DNA of 24,000 bases from Antribacter soli (GCF_021568775.1 NZ_JAKGSG010000025.1:132751-156750), one strand, 5' to 3'; positions 1 to 12,321 are shown, counted from the stretch's first letter. Notes: generated from the sequence alone by a model not told the origin. Made by a program: numbers and translations.

Positions 1-1033
1 AGGAACCACTTTCACCACCGGAGGCCTTCGTGTCACACGCTAATGCCCTGCTGACCCCGCGTTCGCGTCTGAGGTTGGCGCGTCTGGTCGTTGATTCCGG
101 CTGGACGTATGCCGCCGCGGCGAAGATGTTCATGGTCTCGCCGCGGACCGCCAAGAAGTGGGCCGACCGGTACCGGGCCGAGGGCGCCGCGGGCATGGTC
201 GACCGCAGCTCGCGCCGCGCCCGCACCACAGCCCGACCCGGACCCCGCAGCACCTGGTCAGGGCGATCGTGGCCCTGCGCTGGCGCCACCGCCTGGGCCC
301 GGTGCAGATCGCCGGACGCCTCGGCATGCCGGCCTCCACGGTGCACGCGGTGCTCGTGCGCTGCCGGATCAACCGGCTGTGGCGTATCGACCGGGTCACC
401 GGTGAGCCGTTGCGCCGCTACGAGCACGACCACCCCGGCTCGTTGATCCACGTGGACGTGACCAAGTTCGGCAACATCCCCGACGGCGGCGGGTGGCGCT
501 ACGTCGGCAAGCAGGAGGGCAAGCGCAACCGAGAGGCGACCGCACGCCGCACCGGACGACGCGGCAGGCAGTATCGCCCGGCGATCGGTACCGCGTTCGT
601 GCACACCGTCATCGACGTCCACTCCCGCCTCGCCTTCGTCGAGATCTGCGCCGACGAGAAGGCCGCCACCGCCATCGGGGTGCTCGAGCGTGCGGTGGCA
701 TGGTTCGCCGAGCACGGCGTCAGCGTGGAGCGAGTGCTGTCCGACAACGGGTCGGCCTACAAGTCCCACGCCTGGTCACAGGCCTGCGCGCGGCTCGGGA
801 TCACCGTGAAGAAGACCCGCCCCTACCGCACGCAGACCAACGGCAAGATCGAGCGTTTCCACCGAACCCTCGGCGAGGGCTGGGCCTACGCCCGCTTCTA
901 CACCTCAGAGACCGAACGCAGAGCGGCCCTGCCCGGATGGCTGCACTTCTACAATCACCACAGGCTCCACACCGCGATCGGCAACCAGCCACCCATCAGC
1001 CGACTGACCAACCTCCCTGGACATCACAGTTAG
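1..1033 (+). mobile_element. IS481-family insertion sequence. The left end is probably at or beyond the window edge, and terminal inverted repeats were not identified.
   Basis: Carries a transposase with an IS481-type N-terminal HTH and a DDE integrase core (see the CDS entry). I found no match between nt 1-29 and the sequence after nt 1033, so the element boundaries are undefined. Confidence 0.75.
30..1033 (+). pseudogene. IS481-family DDE transposase, reading frame interrupted by a 1-nt frameshift near nt 216-223
   Basis: GTG at 30 lies 5 nt after GGAGG. The frame of nt 30 gives MSHANALLTPRSRLRLARLV...WADRYRAEGAAGMVDRSSR, then runs into Arg/Pro-rich nonsense. The family-typical continuation PHHSPTRTPQHLVRAIVALRWRHRLGPVQIAGRLGMPASTVH is in the frame of nt 158. 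That frame also holds the catalytic core (HVDVTKF, LSDNGSAY, TNGKIERFHRTL) and ends at 1033. The two frames join if one base is added in cgccgcgc|ccgcac. Confidence 0.75.
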
Positions 1034-1092
1034 GCCGTCTCTCCTGGGGCCGCCGCTCTGCCCGGACCGGCGCCCACGGGGCGATACAGCAG

Positions 1093-1124
1093 CGGCCCCC
1101 GCGCCCTGACCGGCGCGGGGGCCG
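1093..1124. terminator. GC-rich hairpin (13-bp perfect stem, 6-nt loop) between the convergent transposase and secreted-protein genes; likely bidirectional terminator
   Basis: cGGCCCCCGCGCC-ctgacc-GGCGCGGGGGCCg. It lies 21 nt downstream of the minus-strand stop at 1146 and 60 nt after the plus-strand stop at 1033. There is no clear U-tract. Confidence 0.5.
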
Positions 1125-1145
1125 GCCCCATCGTCGGAGCCCCGG

Positions 1146-1574
1146 TCAGGCGGAGAGACACTCCTCGATGGCCGGCCCGAGCAGGGATTCGAGCAGCACG
1201 AAGTCGGCGTCCGTCAGGTAGTTGAACGGAGGGACGTCCTTGCCCTGGTGCGCAGCGCCGCCCCCGGCGACCGCCCGGCTGTGGATCAGCGGCTCCTCGG
1301 TGAGCCCCTTGGCGGTCATGAAGTCGGCGACGACGCCGTCGGCCACGAACGCACACTGGGGCAGGCCGAGCTCTTCGGCGATCAAGAGCTCGCCGAGGTC
1401 GCTGAGCGGCAGCCACGCCGTGCCGCCCTGACCGAGGTGCGCGTACGCGGCGTCGTTCCAGTCCTCCTTGTAACAGTGGAAGGCCGACGCCGTGCCGGCG
1501 AGGGCGACGGACAGCGCGGCCGTCCCGGCGACCACGGCGAGCAGGCGCCCGGTGACGCGTCTGGTTCTGGACAT
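1146..1574 (-). CDS. Hypothetical secreted protein (142 aa), family not recognised
   Basis: ATG at 1574 is preceded by GAGGGACAAGG. The N-terminus MSRTRRVTGRLLAVVAGTAALSVALAGTASA|FH has an Arg-Arg n-region, a hydrophobic core and an AxA cleavage motif. The mature part is acidic with 3 Cys. G/C-rich third positions are consistent with coding. Confidence 0.6.
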   Translation of the reverse strand: MSRTRRVTGRLLAVVAGTAALSVALAGTASAFHCYKEDWNDAAYAHLGQGGTAWLPLSDLGELLIAEELGLPQCAFVADGVVADFMTAKGLTEEPLIHSRAVAGGGAAHQGKDVPPFNYLTDADFVLLESLLGPAIEECLSA

Positions 1575-1694
1575 CCTTGTCCCTCTCTCGGTGGCCGACG
1601 CCGTCGGCCGGGTGGGTAGCAGCGCCCGCCCCCCTCAGCAGCGTGAGCCGGTCGGGCGTGGCTGTCCATCCAGGGCAGCGAGTTCACCCACCCC

Positions 1695-2618
1695 TCAGGC
1701 GGTGCCCTGGGAGAACCACGGAGGATTGGCGCCAGGCCGTTCGACCGTGGCCGCCGCGATGTCGCGGGCGAAGGACACGATCTCCTCCAGAGTCGGCACC
1801 GGAACCGTTCTCAGGAGGGTCCGGCGGTCTGCGCCGTCGAGGTCCGCGGCCAGCAGACCATGGATCAGCCCGCCCATGAACGCGTCGCCCGCCCCGATGG
1901 TGTCCACGACCTGCACGGTGCGCCCCGGCACGTCGAGCTCGACGCCCGGCGCCAGGAGCACCGCGCCCCGAGCGCCTCGCGTACCGACGACGATGGCGGG
2001 CCCGGCGTCGGACCAGCGACCGAGCACCGCGCCGAAGCTGTCCCCGGGATACAGCCAGGCCAGGTCTTCGTCCGACACCTTGACGACGTCGGCGAGCTGG
2101 ACGAGTCGCTCCACCCGGCGCCGGACCGCGGGTCGGTCCGGGCAGATCGACGGCCGCAGGTTGGGGTCGTACGTGACGATCGCCGTCGCGCGTGCCTCCT
2201 CGACGAGCCGCAGCACGTCGCCCGCACCCGGCTCGAGCAAGGTCGAGATGCTTCCCACGTGGACGATGCTCGCGACCCCTGCCCGGGGCAGGCTCGGCGC
2301 CCAGCTCAGGGCGAACTCGTAGGTGGCGGCGCCGTCGGGGCCGAGGCGGGAGGCCGCCACGGAGGTCGCCCCGCTGCCCTCGCTGCCGGGCACCAGCTCG
2401 ACGCCGGACTCCGTGAGCCACTCGTGGATGCGGCGACCACGATCGTCCCGGCCGATCGAGGTGGCGAACCGCGGTCGATGGCCGATCCGGCCCAGCGTCA
2501 CCGCGACGTTCGCGGGGCTGCCGCCCGGGTGCTCGCGGTGCGTCCCGTCAGCCGTCGTGACGACGTCGGTGAGCGCCTCGCCGACGACGAGGACCCGGCC
2601 GTCCTGGTACGCGTGCAC
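1695..2618 (-). CDS. PfkB-family carbohydrate kinase (fructokinase-like)
   Basis: GTG at 2618 lies 6 nt after AAGGAG. The N-terminal motif VLVVGEALTDVV...GGSPANVA and the C-terminal DTIGAGDAFMGG anion-hole/ATP motif are typical of the ribokinase/PfkB family. It is the last gene of the sugar ABC operon. Confidence 0.85.
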   Translation of the reverse strand: MHAYQDGRVLVVGEALTDVVTTADGTHREHPGGSPANVAVTLGRIGHRPRFATSIGRDDRGRRIHEWLTESGVELVPGSEGSGATSVAASRLGPDGAATYEFALSWAPSLPRAGVASIVHVGSISTLLEPGAGDVLRLVEEARATAIVTYDPNLRPSICPDRPAVRRRVERLVQLADVVKVSDEDLAWLYPGDSFGAVLGRWSDAGPAIVVGTRGARGAVLLAPGVELDVPGRTVQVVDTIGAGDAFMGGLIHGLLAADLDGADRRTLLRTVPVPTLEEIVSFARDIAAATVERPGANPPWFSQGTA

Positions 2619-2645
2619 AGCTTTCTCCTTCAGCGTCGGCGCGGA

Positions 2646-2671
2646 GGGGCGCCCGGTAGTCCGGGCGCCCC
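2646..2671 (-). terminator. Strong intercistronic hairpin (11-bp perfect GC stem, loop TAGT) between the ABC ATPase and kinase genes; attenuator or RNA-stability element rather than a full terminator
   Basis: GGGGCGCCCGG-tagt-CCGGGCGCCCC sits in the 70-nt gap between the stop at 2689 and the start at 2618. No U-tract follows on the minus strand. Confidence 0.4.
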
Positions 2672-2688
2672 CGCGCAGGCCGGGGCGG

Positions 2689-3495
2689 TCAGGCCTCGGC
2701 GGCGCCGGTCATGATCGCCACGGCCTCGGTCATGGTGTGCGACTTCGGCGTGATCGTCGCCACGCGCTTGCCAAGCCGCTGGATGTGGATCCGGTCGGCG
2801 ACCTCGAAGACCTGCGGCATGTTGTGGCTGATGATGATCACCGGCACGCCCTTGTCCCGCAGGGTCCGCACGAGCTCGAGCACCTGGCCCGACTCGCGGA
2901 CGCCGAGCGCCGCCGTCGGCTCGTCGAGGACGACGACCTTCGAGCCGAACGCCGCGGCCCGCGCGACGGCGACCGCCTGACGCTGGCCACCGGACAGGTT
3001 CTCGACCGGGACCGTCACGTCCTGCAGGGTCGAGATGCCGAGCTCGCGCAGCTCGCGGCGGGCCCGTTCGCGCATGCCCGCCCGGTCGGTCATGCGGAAC
3101 ACCGAGCCGAGCACGCCCTTGCGCCGCACCTCGCGGCCGAGGAACAGGTTCGAGGCGACGTCGAGCGACGGAGCGACGGCCAGCGTCTGGTAGACGGTCT
3201 CGATCCCCGCGGTCCGCGCGTCCTGCGGACGCTTGAAGTGCACCGGCTTGCCGTCGAGGAGGATCCCGCCCCGGTCGGGGATCTCGGCCCCGGTCAGGCA
3301 CTTGATCAGCGTCGACTTCCCGGCGCCGTTGTCGCCGATGATCGCGAGGACCTCGCCCCGGTAGAGCTCCAGGTCCACGCCGTCGAGGCCGACGACGCGA
3401 CCGAAGGTCTTGACGAGACCGTGCGCCTCGAGGATGGGGGTCGTGGCCGGACCGCCGGGGCGGTCGGTCTGCGTGGTGGCGTCGATGGTGGTCAC
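2689..3495 (-). CDS. Sugar ABC transporter ATP-binding protein, single nucleotide-binding domain (FrcA-like)
   Basis: Walker A GDNGAGKST, signature LSGGQRQ, Walker B VVVLDEPTAALG and H-loop IIISHN are all present. I place the start at GTG 3495-3493, which overlaps the permease TGA (GTGA), not at the upstream Arg-rich ATG of the raw ORF. Confidence 0.9.
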   Translation of the reverse strand: MTTIDATTQTDRPGGPATTPILEAHGLVKTFGRVVGLDGVDLELYRGEVLAIIGDNGAGKSTLIKCLTGAEIPDRGGILLDGKPVHFKRPQDARTAGIETVYQTLAVAPSLDVASNLFLGREVRRKGVLGSVFRMTDRAGMRERARRELRELGISTLQDVTVPVENLSGGQRQAVAVARAAAFGSKVVVLDEPTAALGVRESGQVLELVRTLRDKGVPVIIISHNMPQVFEVADRIHIQRLGKRVATITPKSHTMTEAVAIMTGAAEA

Positions 3496-4520
3496 TTGCG
3501 CACCTTCCTGATCCACTGGTCGAGCGAGACCGCGATGATCACGAGGACGCCCACGGCAAGGGTCTGGTACAGCACGTCGAGGCCGGCGAGCGACAGCCCG
3601 TTGCGGAACACGCCGACGATCAGCGCGCCGAGCAGGGTTCCCCACACCGTGCCGCGGCCGCCGAACAGGCTGGTGCCACCGATGACGACGGCGGTGATCG
3701 AGTCGAGGTTCAGGTCGACCCCGACGTTGGGGCTCGCCGCGTTGGAGCGCCCGATCTGGATCCAGGCGGCCAGTGCGAGGATCGCCCCCGCGGACAGGTA
3801 CACGCTCAGCAGAACTCGGTTGACGCTGATGCCCGAGAGCCGCGCCGCGTCCTTGTCGTCACCGACCGCGTAGACGTGCGTACCCCAGGCGGTGCGGGAG
3901 AGCACGAGGGCGACCAGGAGGTAGGCCCCGAGCATGAGGAGCACACCCGTGGAGATCCGGACGCCGAACACCGGGAAGGTGGTCCCCGTCCAGGTCATCA
4001 GTGAAGGCATCTCGGCCCCGCGGACGGTGGCGCCCCGCGAGTACAGCAGCGTGATGGCCAGGAAGATGTTGAGCGTGCCCAGGGTGGCGATGAAGGGCGG
4101 CAGCTTGAGCCGGGTCACCAGCAGGCCGTTGAGCCCGCCCGTGGCGAGGCCCACGACCAGCCCGATCATCAGCGCCGGCACGGCCGGGACGCCGGCGGCG
4201 CTCGTGACCTGGGCGATGACCATCGAGGCCAGGACCATGGCCGAGCCGACCGACAGGTCGATGCCCGCAGTGAGGATCACCAGCGTCTGGGCGACGGCGA
4301 GCGTGCCCACCACGGCGACCTGCTGCGTGATCAGGGACAGGTTCCCGGGCGCCCAGAACCGGTCGTTGAGGAAGCCGAAGACGATGACCGACACCACGAG
4401 CACGATCGCCGGGCTCAGGGCCGGGTAGCGGTGCAGGAGGCCGCGCGCGCGGTCGATCGGGGTGCGGTGGTCGAGAAACTCGAGGGCCGGGTCGTGGGCC
4501 GGCAGCATGGATGTGCTCAC
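3492..4520 (-). CDS. Sugar ABC transporter permease (ribose/xylose/fructose-type, CUT2 family)
   Basis: Polytopic hydrophobic protein (…ALSPAIVLVVSVIVFGFLNDRFW…GIDLSVGS…ITAVVIGGTSLFGGRGTVWGT…). GTG at 4520 lies 5 nt after AAGGAG. The Arg/Pro-rich 50 aa upstream in the raw ORF are rejected. Confidence 0.88.
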   Translation of the reverse strand: MSTSMLPAHDPALEFLDHRTPIDRARGLLHRYPALSPAIVLVVSVIVFGFLNDRFWAPGNLSLITQQVAVVGTLAVAQTLVILTAGIDLSVGSAMVLASMVIAQVTSAAGVPAVPALMIGLVVGLATGGLNGLLVTRLKLPPFIATLGTLNIFLAITLLYSRGATVRGAEMPSLMTWTGTTFPVFGVRISTGVLLMLGAYLLVALVLSRTAWGTHVYAVGDDKDAARLSGISVNRVLLSVYLSAGAILALAAWIQIGRSNAASPNVGVDLNLDSITAVVIGGTSLFGGRGTVWGTLLGALIVGVFRNGLSLAGLDVLYQTLAVGVLVIIAVSLDQWIRKVRK

Positions 4521-4587
4521 AGGAACTCCTTGGTCGTGCGGCGGGACGCGGCGCCGCGCCGCCCGGAGGCGACGCGGCGCTCCGTCG

Positions 4588-5688
4588 TCAGCCCCAGCAG
4601 ATCTCGGACGCGGCGGCCGAGTCGATGGACTCGACGCCGTCGACGGGGGTGTCCGTGACGAGCGCGACACCGGTGTTGAAGAAGTCGAGACCCTCGGTGG
4701 TGTCGGGCTTGGTGCCCGTCGTGGCGAGCTCGGCGATCGCCTCGACGCCCAGCTCGGCCATCTTCACCGGGTACTGCTGGCTCGTGGCGCCGATCACGCC
4801 CTGCTTGACGTTGTCGACGCCCGCGCAGCCTCCGTCGACGGAGACGAGCAGGACGTCGCCCTCCTTGCCGGCCGCCTGGAGGGCCTGGTAGGCGCCATAG
4901 GCCGCAGGCTCGTTGATCGTGTAGACGACGTTGATGTCCGGGTTCTTGGTGAGCAGGTTCTCCATGGCGGTGCGCCCGCCGTCCTCGGCGCCCTGGCTCG
5001 CCTCGTTGCCGACGATCTCGTAGTCGCCGCCGCTGTACGTGCCGGTCGACTCCTCGTCACCGTTGACCTCGGGGTCGGCCACGTCGATCCCCATACCCTC
5101 GAGGAAGCCCTGGTCGCGGTTGTAGTCGACCGAGACGACCTTGTCGTCGAAGAGGTCGAGCAGCGCGATGGTGGCCTTCTCGCCGTCGAGCTGGGCGGCC
5201 GTCCACTCACCGATGAGCTGGCCGGCCTCGCGGTTGTCGGTCGCGAACGTGATGTCCACGGCGTCGGCCGGGTCCGGCGGCGTGTCGAGGGCGATGACGT
5301 AGAGGCCCGCGTCGCGCGCCTTGGCGATGGCATCCACGACGGACGGGCCGTTCGGCGTGATGAGGATGCCGGCGTCACCGCGGGCGATCGCGTTCTCGAT
5401 CGCCTGGATCTGCGTGTCCTCGTCGCCGTCGGCCTTGCCGGCGGCCATGGTGAGCTCGACGCCGTGCTCCGCAGCGGCCGCCTCGGCGCCTTCCTGCATC
5501 GCGACGAAGAACGGGTTGGTCGTCGTCTTGACGATCAGCGAGACGCCGACAGCGTCGCCATCGCCATCGCCGCCGCCCCCGCCGGAATCGTTGCCGCAGG
5601 CGGTGAGGCTGAGCGCCCCGAGGGCCATCACGCCGGTCAGTGCCACACCTCGCCGCAGCGAGGCTCGGTTGCTGTTCACAAGGTTCAC
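4588..5688 (-). CDS. Sugar ABC transporter substrate-binding lipoprotein (periplasmic-binding-protein type I fold)
   Basis: GTG at 5688 lies 7 nt after GGAGGAG. The signal peptide carries the lipobox LSLTAC|G, followed by a Gly/Asp linker ([10 protein letters not shown]). The body resembles ribose/fructose-binding proteins ([15 protein letters not shown]…, [16 protein letters not shown]). Confidence 0.88.
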   Translation of the reverse strand: MNLVNSNRASLRRGVALTGVMALGALSLTACGNDSGGGGGDGDGDAVGVSLIVKTTTNPFFVAMQEGAEAAAAEHGVELTMAAGKADGDEDTQIQAIENAIARGDAGILITPNGPSVVDAIAKARDAGLYVIALDTPPDPADAVDITFATDNREAGQLIGEWTAAQLDGEKATIALLDLFDDKVVSVDYNRDQGFLEGMGIDVADPEVNGDEESTGTYSGGDYEIVGNEASQGAEDGGRTAMENLLTKNPDINVVYTINEPAAYGAYQALQAAGKEGDVLLVSVDGGCAGVDNVKQGVIGATSQQYPVKMAELGVEAIAELATTGTKPDTTEGLDFFNTGVALVTDTPVDGVESIDSAAASEICWG

Positions 5689-5719
5689 CGTCGAACTCCT
5701 CCGTGGGGGGCTTGCGCCC

Positions 5720-5731
5720 GACAACGTTGTC
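5720..5731. promoter_or_regulatory. Candidate LacI-family operator: perfect 12-bp palindrome GACAACGTTGTC with a central CG
   Basis: It sits in the 107-bp divergent intergenic region, 32 nt upstream of the binding-protein start. On the minus strand it lies just downstream of a candidate promoter: TTGACC (5767-5762), 17-nt spacer, TAGACA (5744-5739). Confidence 0.6.
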
Positions 5732-5795
5732 ACGTCACTGTCTACCTGACTCTCCGGGTAGGGTCAAGCCAACGAAGGCAAGGAGTGACCATCTC

Positions 5796-6866
5796 GTGAC
5801 ATCGGTGTCAGGCGATTCCTCGCCGTCGGCCACGCGGCGTCGGCCGACGATGCGCGATGTCGCGCGCCTCGCCGGCGTCGGGATCAAGACGGTCTCGCGC
5901 GTCGTCAACGGAGAGCCCAACGTCTCCGCCGCGACCGCGGAGCGCGTGCGCCGCGCCGCCGCGGAGCTCTTCTACGAGCCGGATCTCCACGCCGGCAACC
6001 TGCGGCGTGCCGACGGCCGGTCCCGCACGCTCGGCCTCCTCGTCTCCAGCGTCGCCAACCCGTTCGCGGCACAGGTGCACCGCGCGATCGAGCGCGTCGC
6101 GACCGAGCGCGGCTACGCGGTCTTCGCGGCAAGCCTCGAGGACGACCCCGGCGCCGAGCTGAGGGCCGTGACGGCGCTCGCCCAGCGCCGGGTCGACGGG
6201 TTCATCGTCACGCCGGTGCGCGACGACCAGTCGTACCTGCGCGTGCACACCGACCGCGGGACGCCGCTGGTGTGCCTCGACCGCGAGCCGCACGGCATCG
6301 AGACGGACAGCGTGGTCACCTCGAACGTCGAGGGGGCGCGCGACGCCGTGCGCCACCTGGTGTCGTACGGGCACCGGCGGATCGCCTTCCTCGGCGACCT
6401 CGAGCGGATCAAGACGGCGAGCCTGCGGCGCGACGGGTATGTCCGCGGGCTCACCGCTGCCGGGATCGAGGTCGACCCGGCCCTGATCGTGCTCGGCCTG
6501 CACGACGACGCGACCGCGACGGCCGTCGCCCGCAGGCTGCTCACGCTGCCCGACCCGCCGACGGCCATCTTCTCGAGCCAGAACCTGATCACGATCGGGA
6601 CGATCCGCGCCCTGCAGCAGCTCGGCCTGGAGCACGAGGTCGCACTCGTCGGGTTCGACGACGTCGAGACCGGCGACCTCATCAAGCCCGCGATCACGAC
6701 GATCTCGCAGGACGCCGACCGCATCGGCCGGCTCGCCGCGGAGCGCCTGTTCGCACGCCTCGACGGCGACACCAGCGCCCCACGGCACGTGGTCGTGCCC
6801 ACGCGGCTCGTCGTCCGCGGGTCGGGCGAGATCCCGGGCCCGGCGGCTCTCCACAGGACCAGGTGA
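5796..6866 (+). CDS. LacI-family transcriptional regulator
   Basis: N-terminal HTH PTMRDVARLAGVGIKTVSRVVNG plus a sugar-binding-type effector domain (LLVSSVANPFAAQV…, RIAFLGD…, ALVGFDD). The start is uncertain: GTG 5796 lies 10 nt after AAGGAG, and ATG 5850 is the alternative. The gene is divergent from the ABC operon. Confidence 0.88.
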   Translation: MTSVSGDSSPSATRRRPTMRDVARLAGVGIKTVSRVVNGEPNVSAATAERVRRAAAELFYEPDLHAGNLRRADGRSRTLGLLVSSVANPFAAQVHRAIERVATERGYAVFAASLEDDPGAELRAVTALAQRRVDGFIVTPVRDDQSYLRVHTDRGTPLVCLDREPHGIETDSVVTSNVEGARDAVRHLVSYGHRRIAFLGDLERIKTASLRRDGYVRGLTAAGIEVDPALIVLGLHDDATATAVARRLLTLPDPPTAIFSSQNLITIGTIRALQQLGLEHEVALVGFDDVETGDLIKPAITTISQDADRIGRLAAERLFARLDGDTSAPRHVVVPTRLVVRGSGEIPGPAALHRTR

Positions 6867-6917
6867 GTCGTGCGACCGGTCCGGACCGGCACGAGACGGC
6901 CGATGGGACAGCGAGAA

Positions 6918-6940
6918 GGCCGGGGCTCTCGGCCCCGGCC
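6918..6940. terminator. Hairpin between the convergent LacI and secreted-protein genes; likely bidirectional terminator
   Basis: GGCCGGGGC-tctcg-GCCCCGGCC, followed on the plus strand by the T-containing tcgctgtgttcg. It lies 52 nt after the LacI stop and 26 nt after the minus-strand stop at 6966. Confidence 0.55.
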
Positions 6941-6965
6941 TCGCTGTGTTCGACCGACCTGACGG

Positions 6966-7493
6966 TCAGCCGGTGATCACGATGTACGGGCTGCTGAAGC
7001 CCGCGAACGTCAGCGTGTAGGTGAAGCTCGCCAGCGTGATGCTGCCCGCGAGGACCGAGGGGGTCCAGTTGGGGTTCGGGCAGTCGGCTTGCGTCAGGAC
7101 CTGGGCCGCGGTCGGGGCCGTCGAGGTCTGCGCCGGGACGGCGAGCCGGCCGTTCTTGGTCGGGAAGACCTGCGCGGTGGTCGAGGTGGTCACCGAGTCG
7201 TCGTGGGACTCGACGAGCTCACCGCCCCGGTTCGTGCACTGGATGGTCGCCGAGTAGGTCGCCACCAGGGAGACCGTCGCGTTGGTGTTCCCGACACCGG
7301 CGAGCTCGAACGCGGAGCAGCTGACACCGGTGGCGGTCTCGGTACAGCCGATGGCTCCCGCCTGCAGGTGCGTGCCGTTGGGCGCGAACTGCGGGAAGGT
7401 GGCCGCCGTCGCCGGGCTGGCGAAGACCAGCACGGCGAACAATGCCGTGATGGCGGCCAGACAGGCGCGCAACGTACGCGTGGAAATGGACAT
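6966..7493 (-). CDS. Hypothetical secreted protein (175 aa), Thr/Ser/Ala-rich and probably beta-rich, 4 Cys in the mature part; family not recognised
   Basis: ATG at 7493 lies 7 nt after GAAGGAG. The Sec-type signal peptide is MSISTRTLRACLAAITALFAVLVFASPATA|AT. The mature part has Cys pairs (GCTETATGVSC and QCTN…DCPNPNW) that suggest two disulfides. Confidence 0.7.
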   Translation of the reverse strand: MSISTRTLRACLAAITALFAVLVFASPATAATFPQFAPNGTHLQAGAIGCTETATGVSCSAFELAGVGNTNATVSLVATYSATIQCTNRGGELVESHDDSVTTSTTAQVFPTKNGRLAVPAQTSTAPTAAQVLTQADCPNPNWTPSVLAGSITLASFTYTLTFAGFSSPYIVITG

Positions 7494-7721
7494 GGGTGCA
7501 CTCCTTCGTGCTCCTGGTGCTACAGGGTGCGCCCAGAGGGCGCTGGATTGTTCGGCGCGATTGGGTTCTGCGCACGTGGGTCGCTGGCCGCGACGCGCGA
7601 GAACATTTGCCGTTCAACACTGAGCGGTTCGGTGGTCCCGCCCCCTCGACCCAGCGAATCCCAAACTCGTCCCGCTCGCCACTCGGCAGCGCAGGTTTCG
7701 CTTCATTTCGAATGGCACTTG

Positions 7722-7749
7722 ATTGCCCCTGAGAAATTGCCCCTGAGAA
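7722..7749. repeat. Perfect tandem duplication of a 14-bp unit (ATTGCCCCTGAGAA x2) inside an AT-rich island
   Basis: Read directly: gATTGCCCCTGAGAA ATTGCCCCTGAGAAacatg. TGAG(A/C) recurs downstream at 7753 and 7768. Confidence 0.9.
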
Positions 7750-7775
7750 ACATGAGCAAATGCGAAATGAGATCT

Positions 7776-7790
7776 GAATTCCGGGAATTC
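7776..7790. promoter_or_regulatory. 15-bp perfect palindrome GAATTCC-G-GGAATTC; candidate protein-binding site
   Basis: Read directly. It is AT-rich relative to its surroundings and lies 141 nt upstream of the permease start at 7931. Confidence 0.35.
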
Positions 7791-7911
7791 ACGACATGGC
7801 GCCACCTCCGGTCCCCGATCGTGACCAAGCTCGCTGCTCCTCGTGCGGCGCTCGTCCCCGGCGTGGCAGCATGAGGCCCCGTGCGAAGAACCCCTCTCGT
7901 CGAGGTCGTAG

Positions 7912-12318
<4,407 letters not shown>

Positions 12319-12321
12319 AAC

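Noticed and set aside
216-223. Programmed -1 ribosomal frameshift in the IS transposase
   Set aside because: There is no slippery heptamer (A-AAA-AAG type) or downstream structure at the shift site. The site is a plain CG repeat, where a 1-nt indel or assembly error is more likely. It is kept as a minor alternative only.
1034-1145. Search for the right inverted repeat of the IS and a match to nt 1-29
   Set aside because: No convincing complementary match was found. The left end probably lies outside the window, so the IS boundaries and any target duplication cannot be called.
1593-1609. Hairpin GGCCGAC-gcc-GTCGGCC between the kinase stop and the secreted-protein start
   Set aside because: The stem is short (7 bp) with a 3-nt loop and no U-tract. 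It lies 85 nt from the kinase stop and inside the likely 5' UTR of the next gene. The evidence is too weak to call a terminator or regulator.
2323-5799. Long plus-strand ORFs (2323-3873, 4462-5799, 3934-4428) opposite the ABC transporter genes
   Set aside because: They are antisense shadows of well-supported minus-strand genes and consist of low-complexity D/R/G/V-rich translations. The minus-strand genes have Walker motifs, a lipobox, SD sequences and start-stop coupling.
7722-7749. Tandem 14-bp repeat considered as a CRISPR or minisatellite array
   Set aside because: There are only two directly abutting units, no spacers and no nearby cas genes, so it is reported only as a tandem duplication.
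7496-7805. Small ORFs 7496-7732 (+, 78 aa) and 7614-7805 (-, 63 aa) in the non-coding gap
   Set aside because: They have no SD and an odd composition, and they straddle the GC-rich/AT-rich boundary. Coding cannot be supported from the sequence alone. The 41-codon ORF at 7752-7874 is kept only as a low-confidence idea inside a finding.
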